Assembly (NCBI GenBank): GCA_028023455.1
Contig: JAQFVV010000005.1
Coordinates: forward strand, 16,430,001-16,494,000
DNA: 64,000 nt
Direction of reading: 5' to 3'
Origin: Epiperipatus broadwayi
Taxonomy: Eukaryota; Animalia; Onychophora
This document shows, piece by piece, positions 36,690 through 49,869 of the stretch; position 1 is the stretch's first letter; every line of letters starts with the position of its first letter. The position numbers and the translations under genes are program-made. The notes beneath the pieces were generated by a model that was not told the origin of the DNA, did not search any database, and worked only from the letters and a program-made list of their open reading frames with translations.

Positions 36690-38524
36690 AATTAACTAAA
36701 ATATAAATTATTTACCACACTTCACAAATATTTCATTTATTAATAAGTTCTTAAATAATTTCAAAGATTACAAAATAAGACTGTTTTAATTAACATAGAT
36801 GGGCATTAAATATCAAACTAATAAATTGTAAATCATAATTTTAATATTTTCTGACAAATAAAATATATGTATGAAATATATATACTGATAAAATTCTATG
36901 ATAAATTTTACTTAATTGATTCACTAAAATTATTTATTCTTTCAGAAATAATTACAGGGCTATTTTAAATTGGAGGTAATAGTAAGATACTTTTAAAATA
37001 ATTTCAATCATTCAAATAAATATATATATGAGGTACAAAACTAAATGAGTTTTCTATTAATTAATTTACAGAAGGAAGTCTTCTTGTAATGATTTTTAAA
37101 TTTAAAAAAAATAACAGGGGGAGGATTTAAAGTTAATAGCTCATTGAATTTTGTAGTTGGCCATTTCAGTAAGTCAAATAATCTAAACAAACCGACAAAA
37201 ATTAATTTAATTTGCCACATCAAAATAATGTAAAATTTTATAAGAATTGATATTTTAAATTGAATAAAATTAAAAGACGCATTTTAAACCAAGCCGTATA
37301 AACATTACACAGATATATAAAATATATAAATTAATATTGATTTAAACAAGTGAAATAAAATCAGTGGCTTGCAGCAAATTGGAGATTATAATAATATACC
37401 TATTGGAAGATGTTTCACGGCTTGGCAGAGACAGTTACAGTCAGAGTATTAGCAGGTTTACTTGACACAGACAGGCTCCAGCTAGATGTTGACAGCACTG
37501 GATGGCATTGATAAGCTGGTGAGACAGAGCTCCGGGAAGCACAGTCGATCTTTTAGCCAGCCATTCTTTTAGGCACGATGTCTTGTATATAGATTAATCA
37601 CTTCTCTTCAGTAAACTCAACAATAATAATTAATTCCCCTCTTATCAAATTTTCCACTATTTATGTGTTCTGGTCTTATCTACAGGATTTAATCTATACT
37701 GACCACCAATTGTAATTGGTCTAAGCAGTACTCTGAGGTTGGTGCTTTGGAGGGAAATCTATAATCCTACATGCCCCAAGAGTTGATTTGCTAATTAAAA
37801 AACAACAACAACAACAAGCACATTAAGTTTATCAGTCATTGTATTAACAAGCCTATTTAATTAAGGTTTAGATTAACAAAAATGCAACTTTTATTCAGAA
37901 AAATTTTAGGAATTTGGTACAATGACTTTTAAACATATTTGACATAAACTTAAGTAGAAATTTACAAAATATTTCTTACAAATCTTACATTGTTTAAATA
38001 ATTGATTCTCAAATGTACATTGATTAAAAGATAAATATAAAATGTTACCAACTGATTTATTGAAGAAAATGAACTTTAATAAAGAATTTGAAATATCTGT
38101 AACATTTTAGATATCTAGGATTCAATTTAATTTAATAAAATAAACACAATATACATTTTTACAAATATTATAAATAAATAAACTATTATAAAAGGTTAGT
38201 TTTAATTATAAAATAAGATTAATAAAATATAAAAGATTATAATATTGATTAAAATATACTACCACCTATTATGAGATGGGTGTCAGTTAATAAAGATTGG
38301 GTTCAAACCCAGACTAGTGCTGATGACATTGGCACTAGGTGAAGCAGGAATATGTACTACATTTCCAGCTTCAATATATATATATATTGTAAATGTCACA
38401 TAAATTGAATATGTAACCAATTAATGTTATTTATTTATACCCTCTATAGAAATGTATAGACATTTATAATCTTATATATGACAATATCTGATGGAAAATC
38501 AGCTAAACCTCTTGCAGGATAAAT

Positions 38525-38706
38525 ATTTCTGTCAATCAAACTTGACGTCATCATCTGTTTGGGAATTCAGTTGAGATTATTACATCAATCATAAAAACTT
38601 AGTCTCCATTTTACTAGTCTATTTAAATGGAAACTGAATTGCTATGCTTATTGTGATCTCAACTTTTCTTTTGATAAATGATGACGTCAGGTTTAATTGA
38701 TAAAAA
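38525..38706. repeat. Short fold-back element with TGACGTCA in each arm
   Basis: aaacttgacgtcatcat pairs with atgatgacgtcaggttt; inner pair agttgagat / atctcaact. Confidence 0.7.
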
Positions 38707-39599
38707 GTCATATATTGCAAGAGATTTGATTTTTCATTAAATTTTGCTTTGGCATAAGTATATGCCATTACATCACTTTCAAATAAAAGTGGAAAATAAA
38801 TGTAAAAAAAGAGAGAATTTAATAATTTTATTTAAATTAATATATATAATGCACAGATGGCAAACTAATTACATAATGATTTAAAGTTTAAAATCTAAAA
38901 ACAAGATTGTTTTAATATAAAAGAATTTTTTTAAAAAGTTGTTTATTAGTTATTTTTAATCTTAGAACGGAAATGATTTTCTATATTGATGTAATAGCAA
39001 ACAGGTCCTTGGGCATAAAATCAGATAAGAAATCAATTTAAAAAAAATACTAGTGATAAAATTTTGAGTTCCCACTCTAAAGAAATCTGGCCAATAACAA
39101 TAGAAATAAACACATGGTCCACAGACAAAAGTCATCATCACCAATAAAAACAGCATCAAGCCAGGCAAGATCGATCCTGGAATTTGATGATAAGAAATCA
39201 CAAAGATATAAAAATAAAACTTTGAAGTTGAGATTTAGATTGGGATTGCTCATGCTAATTGTGTCTTATTTAAATATATTGTAATGGTCAGGTTTGTAAA
39301 TTTGCTCAACAGACTGAGAGTCCGAGCCAGAGAACCAAAAGCTGACCGAGTCAGGATAGTAACATCCTATGTCTGATCATGCCTCAACTGTCTTACCCAT
39401 GCTTCCAAGTCAACCCATAGCTAATGGCATGCCTGAAGCTATACTCAATATCTCCTTCTTCACATCCCCCACATACACACACAAATACATAGTATTATAT
39501 AACTTTACTAGTGATTCCTAAGGTAATGAGCAAGAATGGAGACTGAGATGAATTTATATTTTATAAATTTTAATATAATAATTAATAAATGAAAACAAG

Positions 39600-39915
39600 G
39601 TAAATTATATTTATTTGCTCACATGCAGGTGAGTGAATATTTAGGTTTGCAAGAATATTTAATTTAATCAGAAATGATAAAACAACACAATTTATATAGC
39701 ACTCACACACAGGTGAATGAGTACTTAGGTTTACGAGAATGTTTAATGTAATCAGAAAATGATAAAACAACGCAATTTATATAGCACTCACATGCAGGTG
39801 AGTGCATACTTGGATCTACAAAATATTTAAGGTAGTAATCAATAAAATTATAAACAAAACCAATTATATTTGCTCATGCACAGGTAAGCAAAAACCTAAG
39901 TTTACAAAGTGTTTA
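39600..39915 (+). repeat. Minisatellite, about 4 x 85 bp, with palindromic core
   Basis: ctcac(a/t)...caggt(g/a)a cores at 39618, 39702, 39787 and 39873; the spacers are also homologous to one another. Confidence 0.85.
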
Positions 39916-42900
39916 AATAGATTATGAATTTGCTAAACTGACAATATGCTTACACCATCTTTTATATTATAGGAGAATATACCATAATTAAGATATAATG
40001 TCTAAGGTTCAAAGACTGAGCGATTTGGCCTCTAACTAACCTCATTATAAAGTTAAGTAGATTGTGAGATAAATATTTCCCATCCTTTATGTCATAATTT
40101 ATGCTATGGATTATGTTAGGAAAATTAGTGATGGCTAGAATAATCAATTAATAGGCAACAGCTTGGGGTTATATTATTAAGTTTAAACATAATTTATAAT
40201 AATATTTTAGTGATATTATATATAAATACTATATAGATAATCACATTAATTCAGATTCCAAATTGGATCAAGGCCTATGTTAATTTCTATGGGAGGCTGA
40301 ACTGATGCCAGGCAGTCTAACATCAGATTCTAGGGTGTTACAAACTAGAGTATCAGAATATGTGTCTCAAATGTGTTCTTAATTGAGGTTCATTACCTAG
40401 TAATTAGTTCCTTAGACCATGCTACTTGCTATAATATGAAGAGGCCCTTTTATTCAAGTGAATGAAACAGCAGCTTAATTTGCCCTTGGAACACTTTGGT
40501 TCCTTCAAATGCAAAATAAATATTACAGTTGCCTAAACTTAAGAGGCATGACTTGACATGGAATTGATCCTGATGTAGGCCATTATAGGTATAGCAAAAA
40601 GCTGCACATTTTTATGCTAACTAGCAACACATTTGCCAGGCTAATTTAATATTTTACTAAATCAATTATACCAAATATTGACTTCTGTCAGTGACACTAC
40701 CACTGGTCAGTTCATAAATAGTATATATAGTCACACTACAATAGCAATAACAGGAATCTGATTTAAGGATATCTGTATAGCTTAACCTATATTTAAGGCG
40801 AGTTATAGCAAATTTAGGGATTTATCAAAAGTTAGAATATTACATATATGCTGTGTATAATTAATTACTCATGCCTAATACTAAGCAAAATATTGATTTT
40901 AAAATAACTTATTCAGTACATTATAAATAGCTGACTCACTCTAGCATAAATAATAGTTTGATTTCAGAAGGGGGTTTTGCCTACATTTCTTTATATTATA
41001 ATATTCTACCATGATGGAAAGGTGCCTAATCGTTTCTTTAATATTTATCAAACCCTGCAAAACTCTGTTCTGATGAATATAGGGTAAACTAATAAACATA
41101 AATTTAAAACTAAATATAGATGGCATAAGAACAAATTGCAGAAATCAATAAAGTGATAATTTAGAAAAATGAATAAGAATTTATGTTTAACTGATTTTAT
41201 AGAACTTAAATATTTATGATCAAGCAAGAAATTTAAGAGTGCTTTAAGTTTTAAAGTAAATTTAACATAAATGGTTTAATGTAATATTTAAATAATATGA
41301 TATATGAGGCTTGATTAGTTAGCTAGCTTTAATTTAGAGTTTGTTTAGTAATGAAATTAGCATATTCAGCAGAATATTTACAAGAAATACTTGGTAGTAA
41401 GTTTTTCAAGGCATTATTTACTGGGTGTCTTCTCTCCACTCCATTAAATCAGAATATAGCTTTTCTCCATTACCTTCTGGTCACAACTTTATTACTTCAG
41501 GGTGGCTTCTCCATCACTGGGCTAGGGTGGAGGTTGATGTTTTCTTCTATTTTGTAGAACAGTTTTCCATGAGAGATAGACAGCAAAACCTATAGTCCCA
41601 CTAGCCCATGGTTCTCATCTTAACAGCTTTCAATAACTACTTGGTCCGAATTCAATTTGGCCAACAAGTAATGCAGGAATAGCTCTTTAATTATTGTTCT
41701 TTAACCTTCATTTGGAAAAATATGTGTCTTACATTTTTAATGGCCACTACAGGCTTTTTTATATTATATTTTTGCCAGTATTCCCTCCCCTTTTTACTTT
41801 CTCAACATCACTTGTTTACTTACTTCAAATTTTTGCCTTTAACTAAATGTCTACTTTTTTTAATATTATCCACAGCTAAATCTGGAGTTAAAAGCCCTAT
41901 TCCCTTGGGTTTCCCAATTGCACTTAGGATGAATTTATGCCTGACTAGATTTTCTAATTTGTTTTTGACTATAATTTTAAATGAGGTCAATTTTCAGCTA
42001 AAAGATTATTTTTGGATGAAATGTTAAAACTCATAAACAAATTACAGCCTGTGTAATTTTAAACAAACAATAGAACTCGAAAATTATTCTAAATGAATAT
42101 TAAAACATAATTTTTTAAATGAATAATTTTACCAATTTTAAACTTATAATTTTTTGTTATATACATAAATTATAACTACACACAGCTATGTTTACTTCAG
42201 TTTTAACAAACGCCAGGGTAGTATGTGTGTAGATGTTACCCATGACTGTATCTGCATATTATAATGTACTAGGCGATTATACACGCACATACAATATTAC
42301 AAGCACAAACTTGAAGTTTAAATTAAAAAAATAAGCATAGCACCAAATAAATACATTATTATAGAATATAATAGATGAAACAGACGAGTCAATACAGCTA
42401 ATTGTTTCAATATTTTATAAGTGTATTGCAGATCTCCAAAATTTAGGTGTCACACAATAAATTACATTTCCCGCATTTGCACCAGCTGAGGGGGCCTCCA
42501 AAGTATGATGGTTCCCAGAAACTGGCCAGCAATGGATTTATCTCCACCTAGAACAATATGAAATGGAAAGAAATTTGAATTGTGTGATGCATCAAGGACT
42601 CCAAGGATGGACTTTACCTACAGCATTGGAAAGTATAAACTTTTGTTTTAAATAAAATATGAACATTAATTATATAATACAAACTTTTCAAGTATTTTAA
42701 GTGTCACTTAACTTTTAAAAGAAATCTCTCTCTTATCTGCCTAAAATTTTAAATTATTTATATTTTTTTTTATATGTGTTTAATATCATTTCAATTTTCG
42801 TAAATTTCTTTAAATTAATAATTTAAAATAGGTATAAATGGCTGCATAGATTCATAATATGTTAGTTTAAGGTGTGTTAATTTTGGACTAATTGTTTCAT

Positions 42901-45900
42901 AGTTAAATCGGTGCTGGTGGATAGATGTATAGATGTTTATGTCAATATAATCGGAGTAGATGCATTGGATACTCATTCCCTTGTATCGCATTAGCATAAA
43001 GAGCATAATACCCACATGAACATATGGCTGAAAAGTGTAGCCATCATGTTGTCAATGGTCGTAGACATATTTCCTGCCATTGATTTTCTTACTCTCTGAT
43101 CGAGATAATAAGCTGGCAAAGACTGCTATCCTTTTTGATAGAGCATCTCATATATATATTTCAAGAATTTCTTTTTTGTATCACCAATTGGGCAGTGGAT
43201 CATTCCTATTTGTTGATGAGGTTTATTAATGATCATGGGGAAGATGCTCATTCCTTCCCACCATGATTCATTATTTCTCTGATATCATGCTACAGATATA
43301 AATTCCTGTTAGCATGATTGTGTTATGCTAATAATCTCATTTTGCATTGGTCACATCAGTATATCAGTAAGCTAGCATTGGTTTAAGCACAAGATTTTAG
43401 CCTAAGTCTAAAAGGAATTGGGTTGGTTATATGTGTAATCTATGTAGCATATTCACGCTTAGTAAAATTTAAATCAAATAAATTCACTAGTTAATTTAAT
43501 TTTCAAAATTTTTCTTTTTAATGTGTGTGTGCATAATAATAAAATGTTTTATTTAATTAAATTTTGGCAGTAACTCATTTTATATATTTTATTAATATTT
43601 AAAATTAAGAATTAGAAATTTGAACATACAGTATGATATTTTAAGCTCAGCTTCTCCCTGAGCTAGTGACTGGGGATGCTAAACTATTTGATTATTCTAC
43701 TTATTTCAGCAACCCATCTTAAAACTTTCATTCTCCAGATATGAATCGCTATATATCTATTTACTGACCAATCAATGATCAGCTGGCCTACCTAACTGTA
43801 GGATGACAAATTAAAACAAAATTTAAGCTCATATACAAAAAATCTGAATACCTCAAAAAAATTCCAAATTTTATTCAGATTTAAATTAACATCATGATAT
43901 GGCAAGTGAAATACATCATTCCACTATACAGTTATTAAATGAATAATAAAGACAAAAATCTAGCACTGTCATGTTCAAAGAATTAACAAAAGAAGACAAT
44001 AGAGACAGACAACCCACGGATTGAAACACGATAAATGATGAAAGCCTATAGAAATATCTGCAAGAAAAGGCTATCAAAATACTTTAAGATATAGAAAGTA
44101 TAAAAATTAGAAATGCTATATGACAAAATGCACTTTATTGTATGGTAAGAAACATGGATAATAAATATAAAAAAATGAATGAGACTGGAATTTAGACTTC
44201 AGACAGATGTTTTAAATAGATATAATGTAAATTTTTTGTATTAATCATTATTTTTATTATTATTTTTTAAATCGAACTGAATAAAAAAAAAATTCGATTA
44301 ACCATATGACATTTTATTTTGAAGTAAGTTTTTCTTTTATTTTATTGGGAAATGAAATTTAATCAGACTCCCTTGATCTACGTCGTATTTCCGTCTGCCA
44401 GAGAAGATAGTGTTTAATTGAATCTTTTTTTTTTAAAAAAAAAAAAAGAAGTCTGTATACATCTCTATATTTTATTGTTTAAAAGTAATAGCAACTTTTT
44501 ATATATATAAAAAGAAATATATTACTTTAAATATTTTGGCTCCGGGCTTTTCTTATTTCTTTTTGTATTGATTCACGCTGTGAGACTAATTTAAAAGTTA
44601 AATTCAAATGTATAGAAATTTCAAAGTAAATAATTTCGATTGTTCGTTGGAAATTTCTGGCTAATTTTCATATCATTAATATGCATTTGCGTATTACACT
44701 AATTTTTGCATAAATAAATAATTAATGTCTATACTTAGATTTATTAATTTGAAGAAGTCTGGTGACAGTAAACGTTGTTGTCAAGCTATTAGAAAATAAT
44801 AATTACATATCTTCATTTGTTGTTTCCGTTTCTTTCACCCATTTGAATGAATGCCAAATAGTAGGTTGGAAAGCAAGCTGGTTGAGTCTGAAAACTCTTT
44901 TACCAATGGGATCTATGATTAGCGATAAGAAAATTATTGGTTATTATTAACTTTTTTTATTAATGTAAGCTATGTTAAATACTGTAATTTTCGAAGACTT
45001 TCTTAACAATGTTACTATGGTGATTGTGACACTGTTTCTATGGTTACTATAAATACACAGGAGGAAAACATTTGATTTTTATCAATAGTAGTTACTCTGT
45101 TTTTCTTGTAACTCTTGTAAATGTTGAATTTTCTCAAAAGATTTGTTGACTTTAAAAAAGTCATCTGATAGTGAATGATAGGATTCGGACTTTACTTCTT
45201 TCTTTTGGCATCAATTCAGTTGTGAGATTATTATACAAATTAAATTCGATTTAATAGAAATTAAATGTAAATAATTTTAGCTGTTCATTGGATAGTTCTG
45301 GATAATTTATGTGTCATTCATATTTTTTTAAGTACAATGTTAATTTTTGCATAAAGGAATATAATTAATGGCTTGTGAGACATAGGCAGAGCTTGTGGCA
45401 ATAAACATTCTGTTAACAAATCATGTGTTGTTTCCATTACTTCGCTTTTTACTTTTGTTTTTGGTTAATTGCTAGTGAAATCATGTGATGTTTGAGCACC
45501 TTAATAACAGATTGAGAATTAACAGTTTCATTTAGAGAGTCTAGACTGATTTTTTTAAAGTCCTCACTAGGCTAAGCTATGACTTACCAAAGTGGTAAAG
45601 TAGCAGGATCAGTGATAAAGGTTCCAGAATTGATTCTTAGTTTATTAATTTAAAAAAAAACCTAGTTATAGACTAATTAAATGATTCAGTTAAATGCCTC
45701 AACCTGTTAGTAGAGTGTTCATATATCATGTGACTTCTTGAACAGATGGCCATTCTAGTTTTGTATGAATGCCATGATCTAATGAAAAGTAAATGTATTT
45801 ACTCCAAATAGTCTTGATAACTGATAATATATTGGAGCAGTGATGAATCAGTCTAACTTGATTTTTTTAATGTCTAAACATTCAATGTAGCAAGTAACAG

Positions 45901-46719
45901 TGGGCATATGTCTTACTGTTTTTTTAACTAATTGGTCTACTTCAATAGAAGCTATTGAGCTTGTTCTTTTTTTTACTTATTAGCCACATTTCACTTTCAT
46001 CTCATTACTGAACACCGATCATTTGAAGTTTCAGCTACCCGGGTTTCCAAGTCAATTTTAGATAAATATGATACTACTTTTTATATATTTTAATAACTTC
46101 AGTTTTGATCTAGTTAAACAACTATTGATTTTTGTTAACGGTGTCATAAAACTCACAAACACCATTAATTGGATAGTGATATCTTTCTTTGATACTTGAG
46201 TATTAATCCTGCAATATAGAAGAGATAGGAGACTTTTCACATCTGCTGTAATCTTGCGATGATATCAAATTGAAAGAAAATAAAGGTCTGAAAAGATGAT
46301 TTAGATTTTTCAAAACGTGCTTTGATTGTTATTATTTTGCATTATTTATATTTTTCAGTGATTTCTTTTTCAAAACGTACGTTGTTATTATTTTGCTTTA
46401 TTTATAGTTGTCAGTTGCAAAAACATTGTCTTTATCAAAACGTGCTTGGAAAACATCTGTTAGTTTTTTTAAAAAAAACGTATTTTGATTATTATTCTTT
46501 TTTTCCTTTCAGTTCATTTGATTTAAATTTAATGTGTAAGTAGTTTTCGTATTTTGATTTTATTTTCATAATTTCATAAGTAATGTGTGTGTGCTTTTTT
46601 TTTGTATTTGGAAATAGTTTAAAATGATGACAATTTGGAAGCTGCCCACTACCAAAGTGAATGCCTTCGTTGTTTTATTGTTCTGTTTGGTGTATTTACC
46701 AAAAAGTATAGATTGATGA

Positions 46720-47110
46720 ATACTTTTCTAAATTTTTTCCACCTGTATGAAAAGCAGTAATTAATAAAAGACTTATAATTTATATTTCTTTACTATTCTG
46801 AATTATTTGATTTGTTTACTTTTTTTTGTTTTATTGTATTTACAAAAAAGATTGATTATTATTTATCTAAACTGTTTTTTCGCCTACATGAAAAGTGGTA
46901 ATGAAATTGTTAGAATTTCTTTCTTGTTGAGAATTCTTTATTTTATTTTGCAAATGTATATAAAAAAGTATAGGTTGATGAATATTTTTCTCCAATTTTT
47001 TTTCACCCCTGCATGAAAAGTGCTAATAAACCTCTTATAATTTATATTTCTTTATAGTTCAGAATTATTGGTTTTGTTTTTACTTTCTTTTTTTTTTTAC
47101 AAAAAAAATT
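46720..47110 (+). repeat. Degenerate local duplication (two long copies and one short copy)
   Basis: The motif ccYRYatgaaaagYRStaat occurs near 46740, 46882 and 47007; ttataatttatatttcttta follows the first and third. Confidence 0.6.
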
Positions 47111-47255
47111 AAGTTTCTTAGTATTTTTCTGGAAAAGATCTCAACACACTTTGCAAGCATTTTGGCCGGAAAATTTCCACTTGGTGTGTCCATTTTCTGT
47201 GGTAACATGAAATTTGAATTGGTTTTTTTTTAAACGCGATTAATTCTTGTTATTT

Positions 47256-47670
47256 ATTACAGTTTAAGTAGCGTACGTGTATATTTTATCTGTGTTTTTA
47301 AGTATTATTTACAAAAAATTATAATTTAGTGATTGTTTTATTTGAAAGTAATGTACATTGGGGAGTTGATTCAATGTATTTTTACCAGGGGCAGATAAAA
47401 TATAGTTTATATGGTTTGCAATGTTGTTTTTAATTAGACCTCTATTTTCATCAATTTGTTTGTTTGAACATGATCAATTCCTCTTATTTATTACAGTGAA
47501 AAGTAGCATATGTGTATATTTTATCTGTTTTTATAAATCAATATTATTTAAATGCAATTATAATTTTAGTGATTGTATGTAAAATTAACATTGGGGAGTT
47601 GATTCAATATCTTTTCACTCTGGTGTAGTCTTTTAAGATATAAAATTTATGGTTTAAAATGTTGTTTGAA
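47256..47670 (+). repeat. Degenerate tandem duplication, period about 235 bp
   Basis: Shared blocks gtgtatattttatctgt and acattggggagttgattcaat occur twice. Confidence 0.75.
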
Positions 47671-48299
47671 TATTACTGCTGCAAACCATATATATGTTTA
47701 CAATTTTTTTGTATATGTTAATTTTAGTCCTGCAATACGCTATTATACTCTTGCTGAAACTTTTCATTCAACCTTCCAATAACTTTGTAAATCTTTGCGA
47801 AAATATTATGTACAAACAAGTTACTTTTTGCACAAAAAAATCTGGCCCAAAATATCATGTACAAGATCCATATACACGTTATTTTGGTCAAATCACAAGA
47901 TTTACAAAGTTATCAGCGGATTGATATGAATGTGAAAAGGCCAGCTCGTTTAATAGCGTATTGCAGTACTAATACTCAAATACCCTTTCTTTCAACTCTC
48001 AAACCATATTAAAAGTAGTAAGTGCAATAATATTACTTAACTTAGAAAACTGCATATTTAAGTGTTATCTCTAACAAGCAGATGTGTTGATTGCAAATAT
48101 CTTTTGACAAAGAGCATTGTAGTAATAAAAAACGTTTAAATCATGATTAATAATAATTTATAATTGTTTTTTTTTATTGTTTTTTTTATATGCCAAAGTG
48201 TTGACTGGGAAGCGAACACAGGCCAACTGCTTGGAAGGCAGCTATAGCTAGGTCACTAATGCTTGATAGTTTAATTGTTTTTTTTTCTCAGTGATGAAC

Positions 48300-48930
48300 A
48301 TTTATTCATAAATAAATAAAAAGATGCAGTTAGAAAAAGGTTTTCAAGGGAGTGATTATAAGATAAATTGAAATTTCAGGAGAAACATGGTAAGAGGGGA
48401 AGGACACATGTGAAAAGGAAATGGGAAGTGAAATGGGGAAATGATGTGTAGTCCAGGCCAGTCTGAAATGCATGTCTTCGTGATTGAGTCCTATGACAGA
48501 GGCTGAGAGGATGGAAGTTGAAAGATTGCCCAAGTGTCTGTGAAAGTGGAGGTGGGGCTTGTTTGGTATCTCAGGTTTTGAGTGTGAATTAGGTCCAAGA
48601 GCTTTTGATTGATTGAATGTACTCTCTGGTCAAGGATAATGGCACATCGGAGCAACCAGAGAGCATAGATGAGAAAAACTGATAGCCTAATAGCTGCAAA
48701 GACCCCTGTTTCTATGGATTCTTGGAGGTTGAAGATGGTATTCCTGTGTGAGGAAAGGCAGGAGTTGATGACATTTCTCATGCCAAGCAGAAAGGGACAT
48801 TTAAGTATGAAGCGCTGGGGGGTTTCATTGTCAGTTTTACAGAGCTAGCATATGGAAGAGATCTTGGTGAAACCCCTATCGTTGACAAAAATTTATTAGT
48901 GGGAATTTAATTGTTTTCTATCAAATTCTT
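48300..48930 (-). mobile_element. LINE 3' fragment with CCHC zinc knuckle and 3' UTR
   Basis: Minus strand gives C*LCKTDNETP...(shift)HFILKCPFLLGMR; (TTTA)n-type tail near 48300. Confidence 0.55.
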
Positions 48931-49694
48931 GTATTCTGTATGAACGTCCAGTAGACAGTTTTATCAATCTTAAAAACTCACAAGAAATATTCAGTAAAAC
49001 AATCAGTAAAACAAGTTTGTTGTTTTGATGAATCAAGCAGTTGTGTTGATTTTAAAGACTTATTAAAATGACCAGTTAAGTGCATTTTTTGGTACTTAAG
49101 ACCCACTTGGTATAATGGAAAACATTTGTAGACTGAATGCTCATCTAGAACATTTAGTTATAAAGGTTGTTGAGATTAAGCATAAAATAAAACTCAGTCT
49201 TTAAAGTAGCCGTTTGCTATTTCCATCTACTTAACTGTTTCATGAATGATTTTATCTTTTTAAAAGTAGTTTTGATGATTCTCAAATGAACATTTCATTA
49301 TTAGTGAAAGTTTATCCATTCTCTCTGCCCACCTCTCGTAATATTTACTTTTGAAAATCCATTTAATAAACTTATGTATTTTTAATATTGTTTTATTACG
49401 CTTTTTTGGTCAAGATAAAATATTTTCTTTTCTATTTAAATTTCAAATAATTTTATCGTTTAGTTAAAAGAGATTTATCTTTTTTTTTAAATGTTGTTTG
49501 TAAAAATTATCATAACGCACGAATAAGTTAAATAGACGGAAATTTTTCTTTTATTGTAATAAACAGAATAAAAAGGATTTTTACAATAATCTTAAATGTA
49601 AATAAATTTGCACAATGATTCATTGAACGCGCGTGTGTGTAAAGCATCATTTAAAAAACTAAAACAACTGCGTCGTTTTACAAAAGAGGATATT

Positions 49695-49854
49695 CGAACT
49701 CAGATTCACACGACCCACTACTCTCAGTGCCATCTCATATTGCTGACCCACCTGATAACACACACATGTAGAGTAGTGGGTCGTGTGAAAGTCTGAGTTC
49801 GAATCCCTCCCATATTACATATATAAATGCAGGTTTTAGCCTGTGCAATGTATT
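49695..49854 (+). mobile_element. 160-bp inverted/direct fragment of the 475-nt hammerhead family
   Basis: 13-bp TSD aaaagaggatatt (49682-49694, 49855-49867). 49695-49769 is an inverted copy and 49770-49854 a direct copy of the unit segment seen at about 12300-12420. Confidence 0.75.
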
Positions 49855-49869
49855 AAAAGAGGATATTGT

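Noticed and set aside
39600-39915. CRISPR array
   Set aside because: The spacers are homologous to each other, the context is eukaryotic, and there are no cas genes; this is a minisatellite.
41351-42027. Two hydrophobic ORFs as membrane proteins
   Set aside because: F/L/I-rich frames are expected from T-rich DNA; no splice or domain support.
46153-46204. 52-nt minus-strand exon (ttgcag| ... |gtgagt)
   Set aside because: Splice motifs are good, but the peptide INTQVSKKDITIQLMVF is unrecognisable and there are no linked exons.
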